DNA from: an uncultured Methanosarcinales archaeon
GTDB taxonomy: Archaea; Halobacteriota; Methanosarcinia; Methanotrichales; Methanotrichaceae
DNA: 64,000 bases
Assembly (NCBI GenBank): GCA_963843555.1
Contig: CAWJKV010000010.1
Coordinates: 80,201 to 144,200, forward strand
Direction: 5' to 3'
Program-made: the position numbers and the translations under genes
Shown: positions 10,357 through 20,309 of the stretch, piece after piece
How the letters are laid out: the number at the start of each line of letters is the position of its first letter
How positions within the stretch are numbered: the stretch's first letter is position 1
The notes under the pieces: generated by a model
Databases searched by the model: none
Seen by the model: only the letters and a program-made list of their open reading frames with translations
What the model was told of the DNA's origin: nothing

Positions 10357-10428
10357 GCCGGGATAGGGTAGTGGTTATCCTGAGGGACTGTGGATCCCTC
10401 GAGCTGGGTTCGAATCCCGGTCCCGGCC
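10357..10428 (+). tRNA. tRNA-His(GUG)
   Basis: Acceptor stem GCCGGGA/TCCCGGC with C discriminator, anticodon arm AGGGA-CTGTGGA-TCCCT and T-loop GGTTCGAATCC. BRE/TATA-like GAAAGTTTTATC at ~10317-10328. No encoded CCA. Confidence 0.96.
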
Positions 10429-10510
10429 TAATAGTTTATGTGCAGCGATTGTTTTCTCTTTGATTTCCGGGATGGATAGTTCCCTCATGGATCGTCACTC
10501 TCGGGTCTAC

Positions 10511-10903
10511 TTACATGCTCACCGCTTTCTCGAAGGTGATGTGCTCTCCGGGTCCAAGCCTCATTTTAATACTCTGCCACTTGTTGAGATATTGAGCCAG
10601 ATCGCTCCAGAAGGCAGCCATCCAGATTCGTTGCTCATGATCGCTCCAGCTATCTATTGTCATATCCTGCGTTCGCACCATGGCCTTGACCCGCGATTCC
10701 ATATTGGCCATAGTTTCAATGATCTGCACCACAATGCCCTCGCCGTTTTCATCCTCGGCCACTATCAGCTCGAACTCTCCGATATTGATTATTTCTCCGG
10801 GGCCAAGTCTGCCCGCCCTGGCTTTGAGGGCACCCAAGGCAATGGCCCGGAAGATCTCCTCCTGAGAGAACATCTGCACCGCCTTCTTCCTCAGCTCAAA
10901 CAT
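10511..10903 (-). CDS. Hypothetical protein
   Basis: 130-aa ORF with host-like composition and a GGAG RBS. Confidence 0.7.
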   Translation of the reverse strand: MFELRKKAVQMFSQEEIFRAIALGALKARAGRLGPGEIINIGEFELIVAEDENGEGIVVQIIETMANMESRVKAMVRTQDMTIDSWSDHEQRIWMAAFWSDLAQYLNKWQSIKMRLGPGEHITFEKAVSM

Positions 10904-11006
10904 GTTCCTTTGCTCCGAAATTTCTTCTTGGGATCGCTAAAAGTATTATAAGCAAGAAAACCAATATAAAATGCGGGGCTGAAGATCTCTGGAGAGGATC
11001 AAATAC

Positions 11007-11129
11007 ATGGGCTGCTTTGAGAATTATATGGAGTTTCGCGAGGAAGTGGATAATGTCAAAAAGGAGCGTGCGCACAAAGTGGCTCCACTATCACCAGATG
11101 ATATCTCCAATTTCGCCGCGGGATCATGA
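11007..11129 (+). CDS. Putative small protein, 40 aa
   Basis: MGCFENYMEFREEVDNVKKERAHKVAPLSPDDISNFAAGS*, preceded by GGAGAGGA and TATA-like AATATAAAA at ~10963. Confidence 0.4.
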   Translation: MGCFENYMEFREEVDNVKKERAHKVAPLSPDDISNFAAGS

Positions 11130-11229
11130 AGATATCAATAGAACGCGTTGGTTACGTCAGTTGTACAAAATTGCTGGACTACCGGTCTGGTGAATAGAAT
11201 GCTTTTCGCTCGATATTGGACTCCATGGC

Positions 11230-12279
11230 TCATCTAATATTTCTTTCACTACTCTGATCTGCAGTCAAATTGGTGTCACTTCCAGGAGGATGTGAAACAT
11301 TAACCCAGAGATGAAGGTCTCTGTAAGGTTCTGTAAAATTATCCTCTTTGTAGAGCAGGAGCTCCAGCTTTTGCTGTTCTCCGGTATTATTGAGAATGTA
11401 GGTCACGGGCCGCTCCCATGTCTCGTTGTTCTGTAAGGTCAGATTCATGCTCAGTATAATGCCATTGACCTGAGAATCATCTTCAAGTGATGGCGCCTCT
11501 TCTCTCGAAGAATTATTCCTCGGAATGTCTTGCATCAAAGTGCTGTTCATCGAAGTGTTATTCATTGAATTATCGTCTATCGAAGTATTATTCAATGAAA
11601 TTTGCATAGTGTAATTAACCTCCTCATATTCATGGTTCACCACACCCACAATCAATGTGCTCTTATTGCCTGCCTCGACACTTGTAGGGTAATCGTAGGC
11701 CTTTCCTCCCGCCCCCAGGATATAAAATTCCGTGAACTTCTCGCCCTGCTTGGGGGTTACTATGACGTAGACCAGAGCGGCGATGGAGGTTATTATGGCC
11801 AGTACTAATACTAAAGTCAGTGCTTTATCCAGCCGGCCCTTCTCATCTGCCAAGATCTCTCTTTTCAAAGAGCCAATATTTTCGCTGAATTGGATGGAGA
11901 ATCTTTCATCAGCAGGAAGATTCATGCGTCGCCAATAGGCTGCCGCCGCCATGGCGATGGTAAAGATGACCAGGGAGACGACAACCGGAGTAAGCCTGAT
12001 TCCCCAGGGGGTGTAATTGAGAGCGAGGCCCATGAGTGGGACCACCGCAATGCTCAAGCCAAAGCTCAGGGCAGTCCGCTCAATTCCTTCCAGATCCCCC
12101 ATCCTCGGAAAAAGAGCGGCAATGAGTGTATATCCCGGCACAAAGAGCACCATAACAAGGCCCAGGGGTATGCGCACAGGAAGATCATTCAGGGGCGTAA
12201 GAGTGAAGACCAACGTCGCCAGTGCTAGAACGATTGCCGCCATCAGGTCTGGAGGTACCGCCTCAAATTTCTTTTTCAT
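11230..12279 (-). CDS. DUF1616 family membrane protein
   Basis: LFVPGYTLIAALFP, ERTALSFGLSIAVVP, FTEFYILG..GKAYDYP, VGVVNHE and PYRDLHLWVNV. Confidence 0.9.
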   Translation of the reverse strand: MKKKFEAVPPDLMAAIVLALATLVFTLTPLNDLPVRIPLGLVMVLFVPGYTLIAALFPRMGDLEGIERTALSFGLSIAVVPLMGLALNYTPWGIRLTPVVVSLVIFTIAMAAAAYWRRMNLPADERFSIQFSENIGSLKREILADEKGRLDKALTLVLVLAIITSIAALVYVIVTPKQGEKFTEFYILGAGGKAYDYPTSVEAGNKSTLIVGVVNHEYEEVNYTMQISLNNTSIDDNSMNNTSMNSTLMQDIPRNNSSREEAPSLEDDSQVNGIILSMNLTLQNNETWERPVTYILNNTGEQQKLELLLYKEDNFTEPYRDLHLWVNVSHPPGSDTNLTADQSSERNIR

Positions 12280-12281
12280 TC

Positions 12282-13403
12282 TTACCTACCGGGCTCAAGG
12301 CCGAGCAACTGCCGGATCCAGTCCAGGAGCATGCTAACGAAGCTCTTCCTCTGTATGGATTCGGATGCCTGGCTGGACGGGCTCTGTTTCGATGGGAGTG
12401 CAGGATGAAGAGTTGAGTTTTTGCTCGAATTATTCAAGGACGAGCCCATCCTTAAGATCATATCCTTCTCTCTGCATACCTTGCAAGCATCAGTTCCTCT
12501 GACCAGGCAATACTCCTCCTGGCAGTCGCCTGCCTCTTCTGTGAGCGGCTGACCCTGGGCTACTATCTCCCAGTAGCCTCCCGAGAGCCTCTTCTTGAGG
12601 AGCTTTTCGGCCATATCATACTGGCTGGAATTCACGACATTGAGGCCTATCTGCCGGGCATACCAATGGATCGTCTTCTGATTGATCTCCACCGGTTTTG
12701 TCCTCTGCCCGGTTGAGAATTCCTCACTCTTCGCCTTTCCGCTTTCCGATTTATTGGCACCGTCACTTCCGAAGCTCTCGGCTTTGCCTGTGAATGATGT
12801 CGATGTGGTGGATGAGTCTCCGCCTCCCAGGCGGATGATCTTCGAGTCCCCTGCCCCCTTGATCCTGTAATCACCGGCCGGAATGCCCGATGTATCGATG
12901 GCCAGATTATATTTTCCTGCCGAGTCGGCCTGAACCTGTGTCTGGGCCTCGACAGTTACGGGAATCTCTGTCGATCCCGGCAGAGCTCTTCCAAACATCT
13001 TCAGGTTGTACCTGCCCGGCGGCACATCGCTCTGAGAGATGCGAGCCGTTCCTCCATCTGCCTTAAAGCTCTTGGTGATCCAGATGCCTAACTTGACTCC
13101 TGCGTTGAAGTCCTCTACATTTCGAGCCGCAACACTGAAGCGGTTCGGCTTCTGAGGGATCTCCACCGTCGTTTCATACTCGTACTTTCCTGCCGTCACA
13201 GGCAGATTCATGGTGAAGCTGGACTGAAAGGAGAGCTGACTGCCTGGCTTCGCGACCCCGGTAAGAAGGATCTCTTGCCCGGGTGATACGCTGGCAGAGG
13301 ACAGTTCAAAAGAATGGCCGGGAGATATAAAAATAGAGGCAAAAATTGCGGCCAGGATGAGGGCGCTCTCCATCACCTTCGGCCAAACTATCCTCACCGT
13401 CAT
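12282..13403 (-). CDS. Secreted hypothetical protein (beta-rich domain, Ser/Thr linker, Cys-cluster domain)
   Basis: Signal peptide, beta-rich region, SSTTSTS linker and CQEEYC...ACKVC. Confidence 0.75.
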   Translation of the reverse strand: MTVRIVWPKVMESALILAAIFASIFISPGHSFELSSASVSPGQEILLTGVAKPGSQLSFQSSFTMNLPVTAGKYEYETTVEIPQKPNRFSVAARNVEDFNAGVKLGIWITKSFKADGGTARISQSDVPPGRYNLKMFGRALPGSTEIPVTVEAQTQVQADSAGKYNLAIDTSGIPAGDYRIKGAGDSKIIRLGGGDSSTTSTSFTGKAESFGSDGANKSESGKAKSEEFSTGQRTKPVEINQKTIHWYARQIGLNVVNSSQYDMAEKLLKKRLSGGYWEIVAQGQPLTEEAGDCQEEYCLVRGTDACKVCREKDMILRMGSSLNNSSKNSTLHPALPSKQSPSSQASESIQRKSFVSMLLDWIRQLLGLEPGR

Positions 13404-13445
13404 TTGTCCTCTCCGATCTACAGCATAATATTTAATTTGTGGTCG

Positions 13446-14504
13446 TCAGATGGTTTGGTCGTTAAACTCGATCTCATCAAAATTGAAGGATCCATTCAGA
13501 GCTTTGGCGCTGATGGAGTAGCTGCCGGACGGGAATCCTGTGGTGTTTATAACCAGATTGAAGGGACCATCTACGACGAGCTTCTTCACCACAGACATCC
13601 TCAGATCAACCTCCGTAGCATTTTCTGAAGCATCCCCAAAGATCTTGACGTGATAGGATCCCTTAGGAGAGATGAGGTCGGTGTCCGCTCTGGCCAACCC
13701 AGAATTATCTGCTGGAAATTGTGAGCTGATCCAGGTGCGTTCCAGATCCCCCTGCAGCTTCATAAGGCCTACATTGATGTCCTTTACTGGCCTTGCCATA
13801 ACTGTGAAATTGTTGGGCTTCTTGGGCATAAAAATGCCTGGCATGCTGAGATCGTATCCGGTCTTGGAGCCCTTGACAACGACGGGCGTGGATAGAGGTG
13901 GCATGTTCAGTCCCACTATGTCGTACATATATCTTCCAGAAAATACAGGTACGGTGGTTTTGATGGAAAGCGTAAGGAGGAGCTCGCCCTTTCCTGATCC
14001 GGAGAGATTCTTGTCCGTATTCGCCGGGCCAACAAAATCGTGGGCAAGGTAGGGACGGGTCCGGTAAGCATCGTCCATCCTCACGATAGGAATCAGTCCC
14101 ATTGTTGCAGAACCCCATGTGAAGGATAGGTTGCCCAGGCGATACGGGCCATTCAGCAACTTCCTTTCGATGGTCTTGCCGTCAAAGGCCAGCTGCATGG
14201 TATGGTTGCCATAGGTGAGGTTCTTATGATCTGCCGACCACACAACTTCTCTATTATCTCTGTCATAGAGAAATCCGTGAAGGCTGTACTCCCCAGGATA
14301 TATTATGTTCACTCCCACATCGATATTCAGATACTCGAATAGACCATCGCCATTGATGTCCAGGCCGGAATCATTGTATTCTCCCGTCAAGCTGGCAAAT
14401 TCTGCGCCGTCAGGTATTATCTGGCCCGATGCAGCAGGAAGGCAGAATGCCAGCAGGAAGACCAAGGCAAGCCATGCCCCGCATGCAGCAGTAATGGATT
14501 TCAT
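13446..14504 (-). CDS. Secreted hypothetical protein
   Basis: Signal peptide, DxNGDG Ca-binding-like motif, and a C-terminal domain similar to 12282..13403. Confidence 0.75.
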   Translation of the reverse strand: MKSITAACGAWLALVFLLAFCLPAASGQIIPDGAEFASLTGEYNDSGLDINGDGLFEYLNIDVGVNIIYPGEYSLHGFLYDRDNREVVWSADHKNLTYGNHTMQLAFDGKTIERKLLNGPYRLGNLSFTWGSATMGLIPIVRMDDAYRTRPYLAHDFVGPANTDKNLSGSGKGELLLTLSIKTTVPVFSGRYMYDIVGLNMPPLSTPVVVKGSKTGYDLSMPGIFMPKKPNNFTVMARPVKDINVGLMKLQGDLERTWISSQFPADNSGLARADTDLISPKGSYHVKIFGDASENATEVDLRMSVVKKLVVDGPFNLVINTTGFPSGSYSISAKALNGSFNFDEIEFNDQTI

Positions 14505-14510
14505 CCTCCA

Positions 14511-15131
14511 TCAGGGAGCTTTTGCCTCTTGATACTGTCCTGTGTTTTGACAATAAACAGCACCGGGTGGCAGACCTGGCGTGGTGGAGATCTCCTTAGA
14601 CATCACATTTCCATTCTGGTCTACCTTCGTAGTCAGGGTATTGTCGGTTGCCACTGAAGCATCCTGTACGATTTCCGTCGTTGTGCCATCGGAATTGTTG
14701 ACCTCCGTATACTTCTTCAATCCGAAAGGCTCGAAAGTCTCCAGCTTCGCGACAGTGGTCCCATCCGCGCTATAAGTAATGGTCAGGACAGGCCCATTGC
14801 TTGGGGAGATGGTCAGGCTCTTAACAAGAATTCCATCCGGGCCGAAAAACTCTCTCAATATGGTACCGTCTTTGTTTTCATATGCAGTAACGTTGTAGAT
14901 GATGTCATCCTCTGTCACCTGCATCTTGGTCACATTAGAGCCTGCTCTGTCGAAATTCTCGCTTATTGCAAGCATATCCGCCTGCACGCCTTTCATTCTC
15001 GTTTGTAATTCCTCTAGAGAGGCGACCCTCTCCGTTTGATTCGTAGGCTGATCCTGAGCCCAGGCTAACTGGGTGAGGGCCAGCAGAACCAGGATTGCCA
15101 CGCAAGCACTGATACCCTTAACTCTTGTCAT
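14511..15131 (-). CDS. Secreted hypothetical protein
   Basis: Signal peptide (AILVLLALTQLAWA), short coiled coil, then repeated xDG beta-hairpins. Confidence 0.7.
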   Translation of the reverse strand: MTRVKGISACVAILVLLALTQLAWAQDQPTNQTERVASLEELQTRMKGVQADMLAISENFDRAGSNVTKMQVTEDDIIYNVTAYENKDGTILREFFGPDGILVKSLTISPSNGPVLTITYSADGTTVAKLETFEPFGLKKYTEVNNSDGTTTEIVQDASVATDNTLTTKVDQNGNVMSKEISTTPGLPPGAVYCQNTGQYQEAKAP

Positions 15132-15219
15132 AATTTTGTCACCTTATTTGATATATTACCAAGTCATCTATATATCTTTATTTGGGCAAACATGTTCACT
15201 CTTGGGCATTGATACGACC

Positions 15220-15738
15220 CTAATAAATACCTATTACCAGTTACCCAACCTCATTGATATCCATCATGATGCAAACCGCTACCCTCAATAGTGACTGATC
15301 ATTTGGGTACGCCCCTGGTACGCGACTTCTTCGTTTCAGCTCCTTGTTGATTCTCTCCAGGCCGTTCGTAGATCGGATCCTTCTCCAGTGTTGTCTTGGA
15401 AACGATTTGTAATTCCAAAGGTCGAAATCGGAAACTATCAATTGTATCTGCAGACTTTTTGTATCCTTTATCGTCAAGAACAACTGCCAGTTTCTGCATC
15501 TTGGCCTCATCTTCAAGAATATCCGCCAGCATATAAGCAGCCTCCTTTTTATCTTTCTTCGGTATGTTCTTGAGCACGGCAGTCAGATATGTTCATGGCT
15601 CTGTGTCCCCCCTAAAGTTTGGCGACTTGGGGATACAGGGCTACTATATCTCGTGAGAAATAACTAGCTGTTATCTGGTGAACTGCAAGTTGGTTCCTGG
15701 ATATTATTGTGAAATTACATCAAAACTGGCACGCTACC
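15220..15738 (-). mobile_element. IS256-family element relic, internally deleted and frameshifted
   Basis: C-terminal transposase motifs FPRQHWRRIRSTNGLERINKELKRRSRV.GAYPNDQSLLR. IS256-like terminus GGTAGCGTGCCAGTTTTGATGTAATTTC on the minus strand at 15738-15711. The start MNISD joins directly to the C-terminal region. Confidence 0.85.
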
Positions 15739-15739
15739 A

Positions 15740-15756
15740 GGTATACTTGTGGAAAC
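15740..15756. promoter_or_regulatory. 17-bp motif GGTATACTTGTGGAAAC, copy 1 (putative HxlR-family operator)
   Basis: Exact duplicate of 18747-18763. Confidence 0.5.
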
Positions 15757-16059
15757 GTTCAGTTCTTTATACGAACATGCCCAAATATACTATCGTCTGA
15801 AATAAGCGTTTGTTGAAGAAGATTTCAGGCATAACTTGCCTTGAACCGAAGGTAAGGCGGATGGGAGATGAAAGATGGCAAAGTAAAGACATGGAGAGCA
15901 AACTAAATCCTCGTGGTGGGGATGCACCGAAGACAAAGCGACAACGACAGCGCTCAGGTTGTGTACATCATTCCGCCGATCGAGAGCCTGTCCGGATTGC
16001 CTATCTCAGGTTAACAAATGACAAGGGACTGGTCCGAGTGATCAATGACCCAAGGCCGA

Positions 16060-16345
16060 TATGCTTGCCGCCGCAGGATTGCTACTTATTCTGGCGGAAG
16101 GTAAGTCCTTGCCGGAAATGGATGATACAGTGGCGATGACTGACTCCCTGAAAGCGGACCTGAACCACATGCTTCAGGAGCATAAAAAGATAGTTGCAGC
16201 CCCGGAAATTTGACGGAAGCTGCAAAGCGAGATAGGAAAAGATGAATTCGTGAACTTTGGACGAAAAATTGGCTCTGCATGCTCAGACCAAGGAAGAGGT
16301 TCTCTACCCTGCTTCGATCCTGGTAGGAAATACCTGAAAAAAAAA
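16060..16345 (+). pseudogene. Hemerythrin-like (HHE) domain protein fragment
   Basis: Across frames: LPP.GLLLILAEGK..PEM...AMTDSLKADLNHMLQEHKKIVAA / EKLALHAQT.EEVLYPASILVG. Several frameshifts and no N-terminus. Confidence 0.65.
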
Positions 16346-16384
16346 ACAAAAATCAAGGATAAAAACAAGAGTAAAGGATGATTC

Positions 16385-16816
16385 ATGTCTACAGAAGAAA
16401 ACAAAGCCATTGTTCGTCGCTTCTTCATGGAAGGGCCTTCCATGGGAGACCTTGGAGCCGCCGATGACCTGCTGTCCCCGAACTTCACCCTGCACATCCC
16501 GTTGCCCTCCCAACCAGGCATCGCGGGCATGAACGATGTGATCACTGCCTGCCGGACGGCATTCGAGCATCTCAATGTCACTGTGGAGGATATGGTGGCG
16601 GAGGGCGATATGATCGCAGCCCGCTTTTCCGCCCGTGGCATGCATAAAGGCATCTTCATGGGAGTGCCTCCCACGGGCAAATCCATAATCATGACGGGAA
16701 TAGAGATATTTCGCATCGAAGAAGGCAAAATCGCTGAACTGTGGGGCGAGGCTAACCTATTGGGACTGATGTCGCAGCTAGGGATCCTGCCGCCCCAGGA
16801 GGAGGTACAGGGTTAG
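16385..16816 (+). CDS. SnoaL-like ester cyclase family protein
   Basis: ENKAIVRRF, AFEHLNVTVEDMVAEGD, GMHKGIFMGVPPTGK and GKIAELWG. Confidence 0.92.
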   Translation: MSTEENKAIVRRFFMEGPSMGDLGAADDLLSPNFTLHIPLPSQPGIAGMNDVITACRTAFEHLNVTVEDMVAEGDMIAARFSARGMHKGIFMGVPPTGKSIIMTGIEIFRIEEGKIAELWGEANLLGLMSQLGILPPQEEVQG

Positions 16817-16947
16817 AGACATCTCATTCCAATAGGCCTCAAATCCAATATGTCACACTTTGTAGGCCCGAACTATTTCAGGCCCTGGCTTCTGGCTGGA
16901 TTTGAGGATGGCTTTATAATCAGGCTCAGCACTATGCCAGGGCTATC

Positions 16948-18349
16948 ATGAATGACAAACGGATTGTGCTCGTCATCACCTGCATGGCTTCTTTTATTAC
17001 GCCGTTTTTGGCCTCGTCCGTGAATGTCGCCCTCCCCACCATAAACAATGATTTCACATGTCCCGGACCAGGCGCTCCTGGGATGGATAGTCACAGGTTT
17101 CCTGCTTTCGGCGGCGATTTTTGTCGTGCCTTTCGGCCGAATAGCAGATATTTATGGAAGAAAGAAGATTTTTGTGATGGGCCTATCGATCATTGCTGTA
17201 TCATCGCTCTTTTGCGGCATCTCCAATAGCGTGCAGATGCTTATCGGCTCGCGCGTGGTGGAAGGCCTGGGCAGTGCCATGATCTTCGGGACATCCATTG
17301 CCATTCTAACCTCAGTCTTCCCGGCACAGGAAAGGGGCAAGGTGCTGGGCATCAACGTGGCCATCGTATATTTGGGTCTCTCCATGGGGCCGCTCCTGGG
17401 GGGCATCATCACTGCATACGCAGGATGGAGGTTCATCTATGCCGGGATCACGATCTACGCTTTGCTGGCGGCGCTCCTGGCGCAGAGGATGATCAACTGC
17501 GAATGGCGTTGCGCTCAAGAGGGGCGGTTCGACATCTTCGGGACAATCCTTTATGCAGCAATGCTCTCTGCTCTCATGTACGGGCTGGCGCTGATCCCGG
17601 ATGTAAAGGGGGCCTATTTGCTGGGGCTTGCCCTGGCTATAATGGCCGTTTTCTTCCGGTGGGAGCTCAGAAATGAGAATCCCGTCCTGAAGATCAGCGT
17701 CTTTCGTAATAATACCGTATTCCTGTTCTCGAACCTGGCTGCCCTGATCAACTACAGTGCCACGGCCGCCCTTGCATTTCTGTTGAGCCTTTACCTGCAG
17801 TACATGAAGGGCTACGGCCCCGAAGTGACCGGTCTGATTCTGATCGCTCAACCAATAGTGCAGGCGGCCCTCTCCCCACTGGCAGGAAGGCTGTCGGACA
17901 GAGTGGAACCGAGGATCGTGGCCTCCGTTGGAATGGGCCTTTGCGTGGTCGGGCTCACCCTCTTTGCCTTTCTGACGCCGCAGACCCCCATTGAGACCAT
18001 CCTCATCAGCCTGGTCTTCATGGGCCTGGGATTTGCCTTCTTCTCGTCGCCCAACGTAAACGCCATCATGAGCTCTGTTGATAAGTGCGACTTTGGCGTT
18101 GCCTCCGGGATGGTGAGCACCATGCGGCTGATCGGACAGCTGATGAGCCTGGGCATTACCATGCTCATCTTCTCGGTGATCATGGGACATGTGGAGATTG
18201 CGCCCGGGCAGATGGACATGCTCATGGTCAGCATCAAGCTGTCTTTTGGGGTCTTTGCCGGCCTATGCGTTCTGGGCACGATCTTCTCTCTGGCCAGGGG
18301 AAACCTGGGAAGGGATGTGGAGATTGCGGCGGGGCAGCCTGGGAAATAA
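16948..18349 (+). CDS. MFS drug-resistance transporter (DHA2/EmrB-like), apparent +1 frameshift at ~17055
   Basis: N-terminus SFITPFLASSVNVALPTI lies in one frame; GRIADIYGRKK, ERGKVLG and GRLSDRVEPR lie in the next. Confidence 0.9.
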
Positions 18350-18386
18350 ACTCAGGAAAATTTTCCAAAGAGATTTCGAATACCCT

Positions 18387-18746
18387 TCACAGAACGCATT
18401 CGCTGCAGTCCTGGCAGCTGCACTCGATGTTTGTGATCTTCCACTTGAGTGCCCATCGCTTCATATCTTTGACGATATCGATGATCTCAAGGCCGCTTTC
18501 CGTCAGCGTATATTCGCTTTTCACAGGGAAGGAAGTGCTGTCCACTCTGTTCTCGACGAGCCCTTCCTTCTCCAGTTCCTTCAGCCGGGCCGAGAGAACC
18601 TTCTGAGTGATGCCGTCCAGGCAGCTCTTCAGCTCTGAAAAGCGCCTGGTGTGCCCGGCACCTTTATAGAGCTCGAGGAGTATGAGAAGGGTCCATTTTC
18701 TGGAGATATACTTCACAGTCAGGTTTACAGTGCATCCTTCCTGCAT
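18387..18746 (-). CDS. HxlR-family winged-helix transcription regulator
   Basis: GCTV...ISRKWTLLIL, RRFSELK...GITQKVLSARLKELEKEGLV and EYTLTESG. Confidence 0.93.
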   Translation of the reverse strand: MQEGCTVNLTVKYISRKWTLLILLELYKGAGHTRRFSELKSCLDGITQKVLSARLKELEKEGLVENRVDSTSFPVKSEYTLTESGLEIIDIVKDMKRWALKWKITNIECSCQDCSECVL

Positions 18747-18800
18747 GGTATACTTGTGGAAACTTTCTAGGCTATATACTTTAGTATCATAAGTATACTG
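18747..18800. promoter_or_regulatory. Divergent hxlR/hcp promoter region with GTATAC-type palindromes (motif copy 2 at 18747-18763)
   Basis: GGTATACTTGTGGAAAC abuts the hxlR start codon. ATACTTTAGTAT and AGTATCATAAGTATACT overlap the TATA-like TATATA. Confidence 0.5.
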
Positions 18801-18837
18801 TGAAGTAGAGTGTACTATGAAGTTGAGGTAATTAAAA

Positions 18838-20148
18838 ATGGCAGCTATTGAGAAACCCGATATGTTCTGCTACCAGTGCTCCCAGACCGCCGGGGGCACA
18901 GGCTGCACAATTAAAGGAGTCTGTGGGAAGGAAGCGATTGTGGCACGTCTGCAGGATAACCTGCTCTTCGCCATCAAAGGCATCAGCGCTTATCTTTACC
19001 ATGCGCGTGAGCTCGGCTATACCGATCCCGAGATAGATGCCTTCATCGAGAGAGGGTTCTTCTCCACATTGACAAATGTCAACTTCGATCCGCAAGAGTT
19101 CCTGCGACTGGCCGTTAGGGCTGGCGAGATGAACATCAAGACCATGCAGCTTCTCAAGAAAGCCCACATAGAGACCTTCGGCGAGCCGACACCGACTAAG
19201 GTGAAGACGGGAACCGTCCGGGGTCACGGCATCCTCGTCACGGGCCACGATATGCATGCTCTCCACGAGCTGCTCCGCCAGGTAGAGGGCACGGACGTCT
19301 TTGTCTACACCCACTCCGAGATGCTGCCTGCTCACGGCTATCCGGGTCTACGCAAGTACAAGAACCTGGCCGGCAACCTGGGTAAGGCCTGGTTCGACCA
19401 GCGCCAGCTCTTTGCCAAATATCCCATGGCCATCCTGGGTACATCCAACTGTTTCCTCATCCCCAGGGAAGAGTACAGGGATCGCATGTTTGCTGCGGGG
19501 CCCGTTTACCTGCCGGGAGTAAAGCATATCGATGGCTACGACTACTCGGAGGTAATCGCTAAGGCCCGAACGCTTCCGGAGTTGCCGGACGCGCCCGGAG
19601 AGTACGAGCTTACCACTGGCTTTTCCACCGCTGTCTTGCTGGGCCATGCTGCCAAGATCAAGCAGCTCGTCCAGGAGGGAAAGATCAAGCGGTTCTTCCT
19701 GGTGGGCGGATGTGATGCGCCCCTGAAGAAGTCTGACTACTATCGCGAATTCGTGCAAAAGCTTCCCAAGGATGCTGTCGTCCTCACACTGGCCTGCGGA
19801 AAATACCGCTTCAATGACCTGGATCTGGGCGATATCGAAGGCATTCCCCGTTTGATCGACCTGGGACAGTGCAACGATGCTATTGTGGCCCTGGAAGTGG
19901 CTCAAGCACTGGCTGGACTCTTCGGTGTGGGAGTGAACGACCTGCCCCTGACACTGGTGGTCAGCTGGATGGAGCAGAAGGCGGTGGCCATCCTCTGGTC
20001 TCTCCTGGCTCTGGGGATCAAGGGCATTTACCTGGGCCCTATTGTGCCCGGTTGGATCAATGAGGATATGCTGAAGATCCTGGTGGAGCAGTACGACATC
20101 CGGCTGATCAGCACACCGGATGAAGATATCAAGAAGATGATGGGTTAG
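18838..20148 (+). CDS. hcp: Hybrid cluster protein (hydroxylamine reductase), short form
   Basis: [56 protein letters not shown] and SWMEQKA. Confidence 0.96.
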   Translation: MAAIEKPDMFCYQCSQTAGGTGCTIKGVCGKEAIVARLQDNLLFAIKGISAYLYHARELGYTDPEIDAFIERGFFSTLTNVNFDPQEFLRLAVRAGEMNIKTMQLLKKAHIETFGEPTPTKVKTGTVRGHGILVTGHDMHALHELLRQVEGTDVFVYTHSEMLPAHGYPGLRKYKNLAGNLGKAWFDQRQLFAKYPMAILGTSNCFLIPREEYRDRMFAAGPVYLPGVKHIDGYDYSEVIAKARTLPELPDAPGEYELTTGFSTAVLLGHAAKIKQLVQEGKIKRFFLVGGCDAPLKKSDYYREFVQKLPKDAVVLTLACGKYRFNDLDLGDIEGIPRLIDLGQCNDAIVALEVAQALAGLFGVGVNDLPLTLVVSWMEQKAVAILWSLLALGIKGIYLGPIVPGWINEDMLKILVEQYDIRLISTPDEDIKKMMG

Positions 20149-20309
20149 AAGTACTGGTATAAAATTTTATTTTTCTTATCATAGACATTAAATATTCCCC
20201 GTCATTTTTTTATCTGCAACAAGAAATTAATACTGAAAATAGTATATACATATTGATTACGTTATCTTTATATAACTTGCTGGCAATCCATTTTTGAGGT
20301 TAGTGTGAG

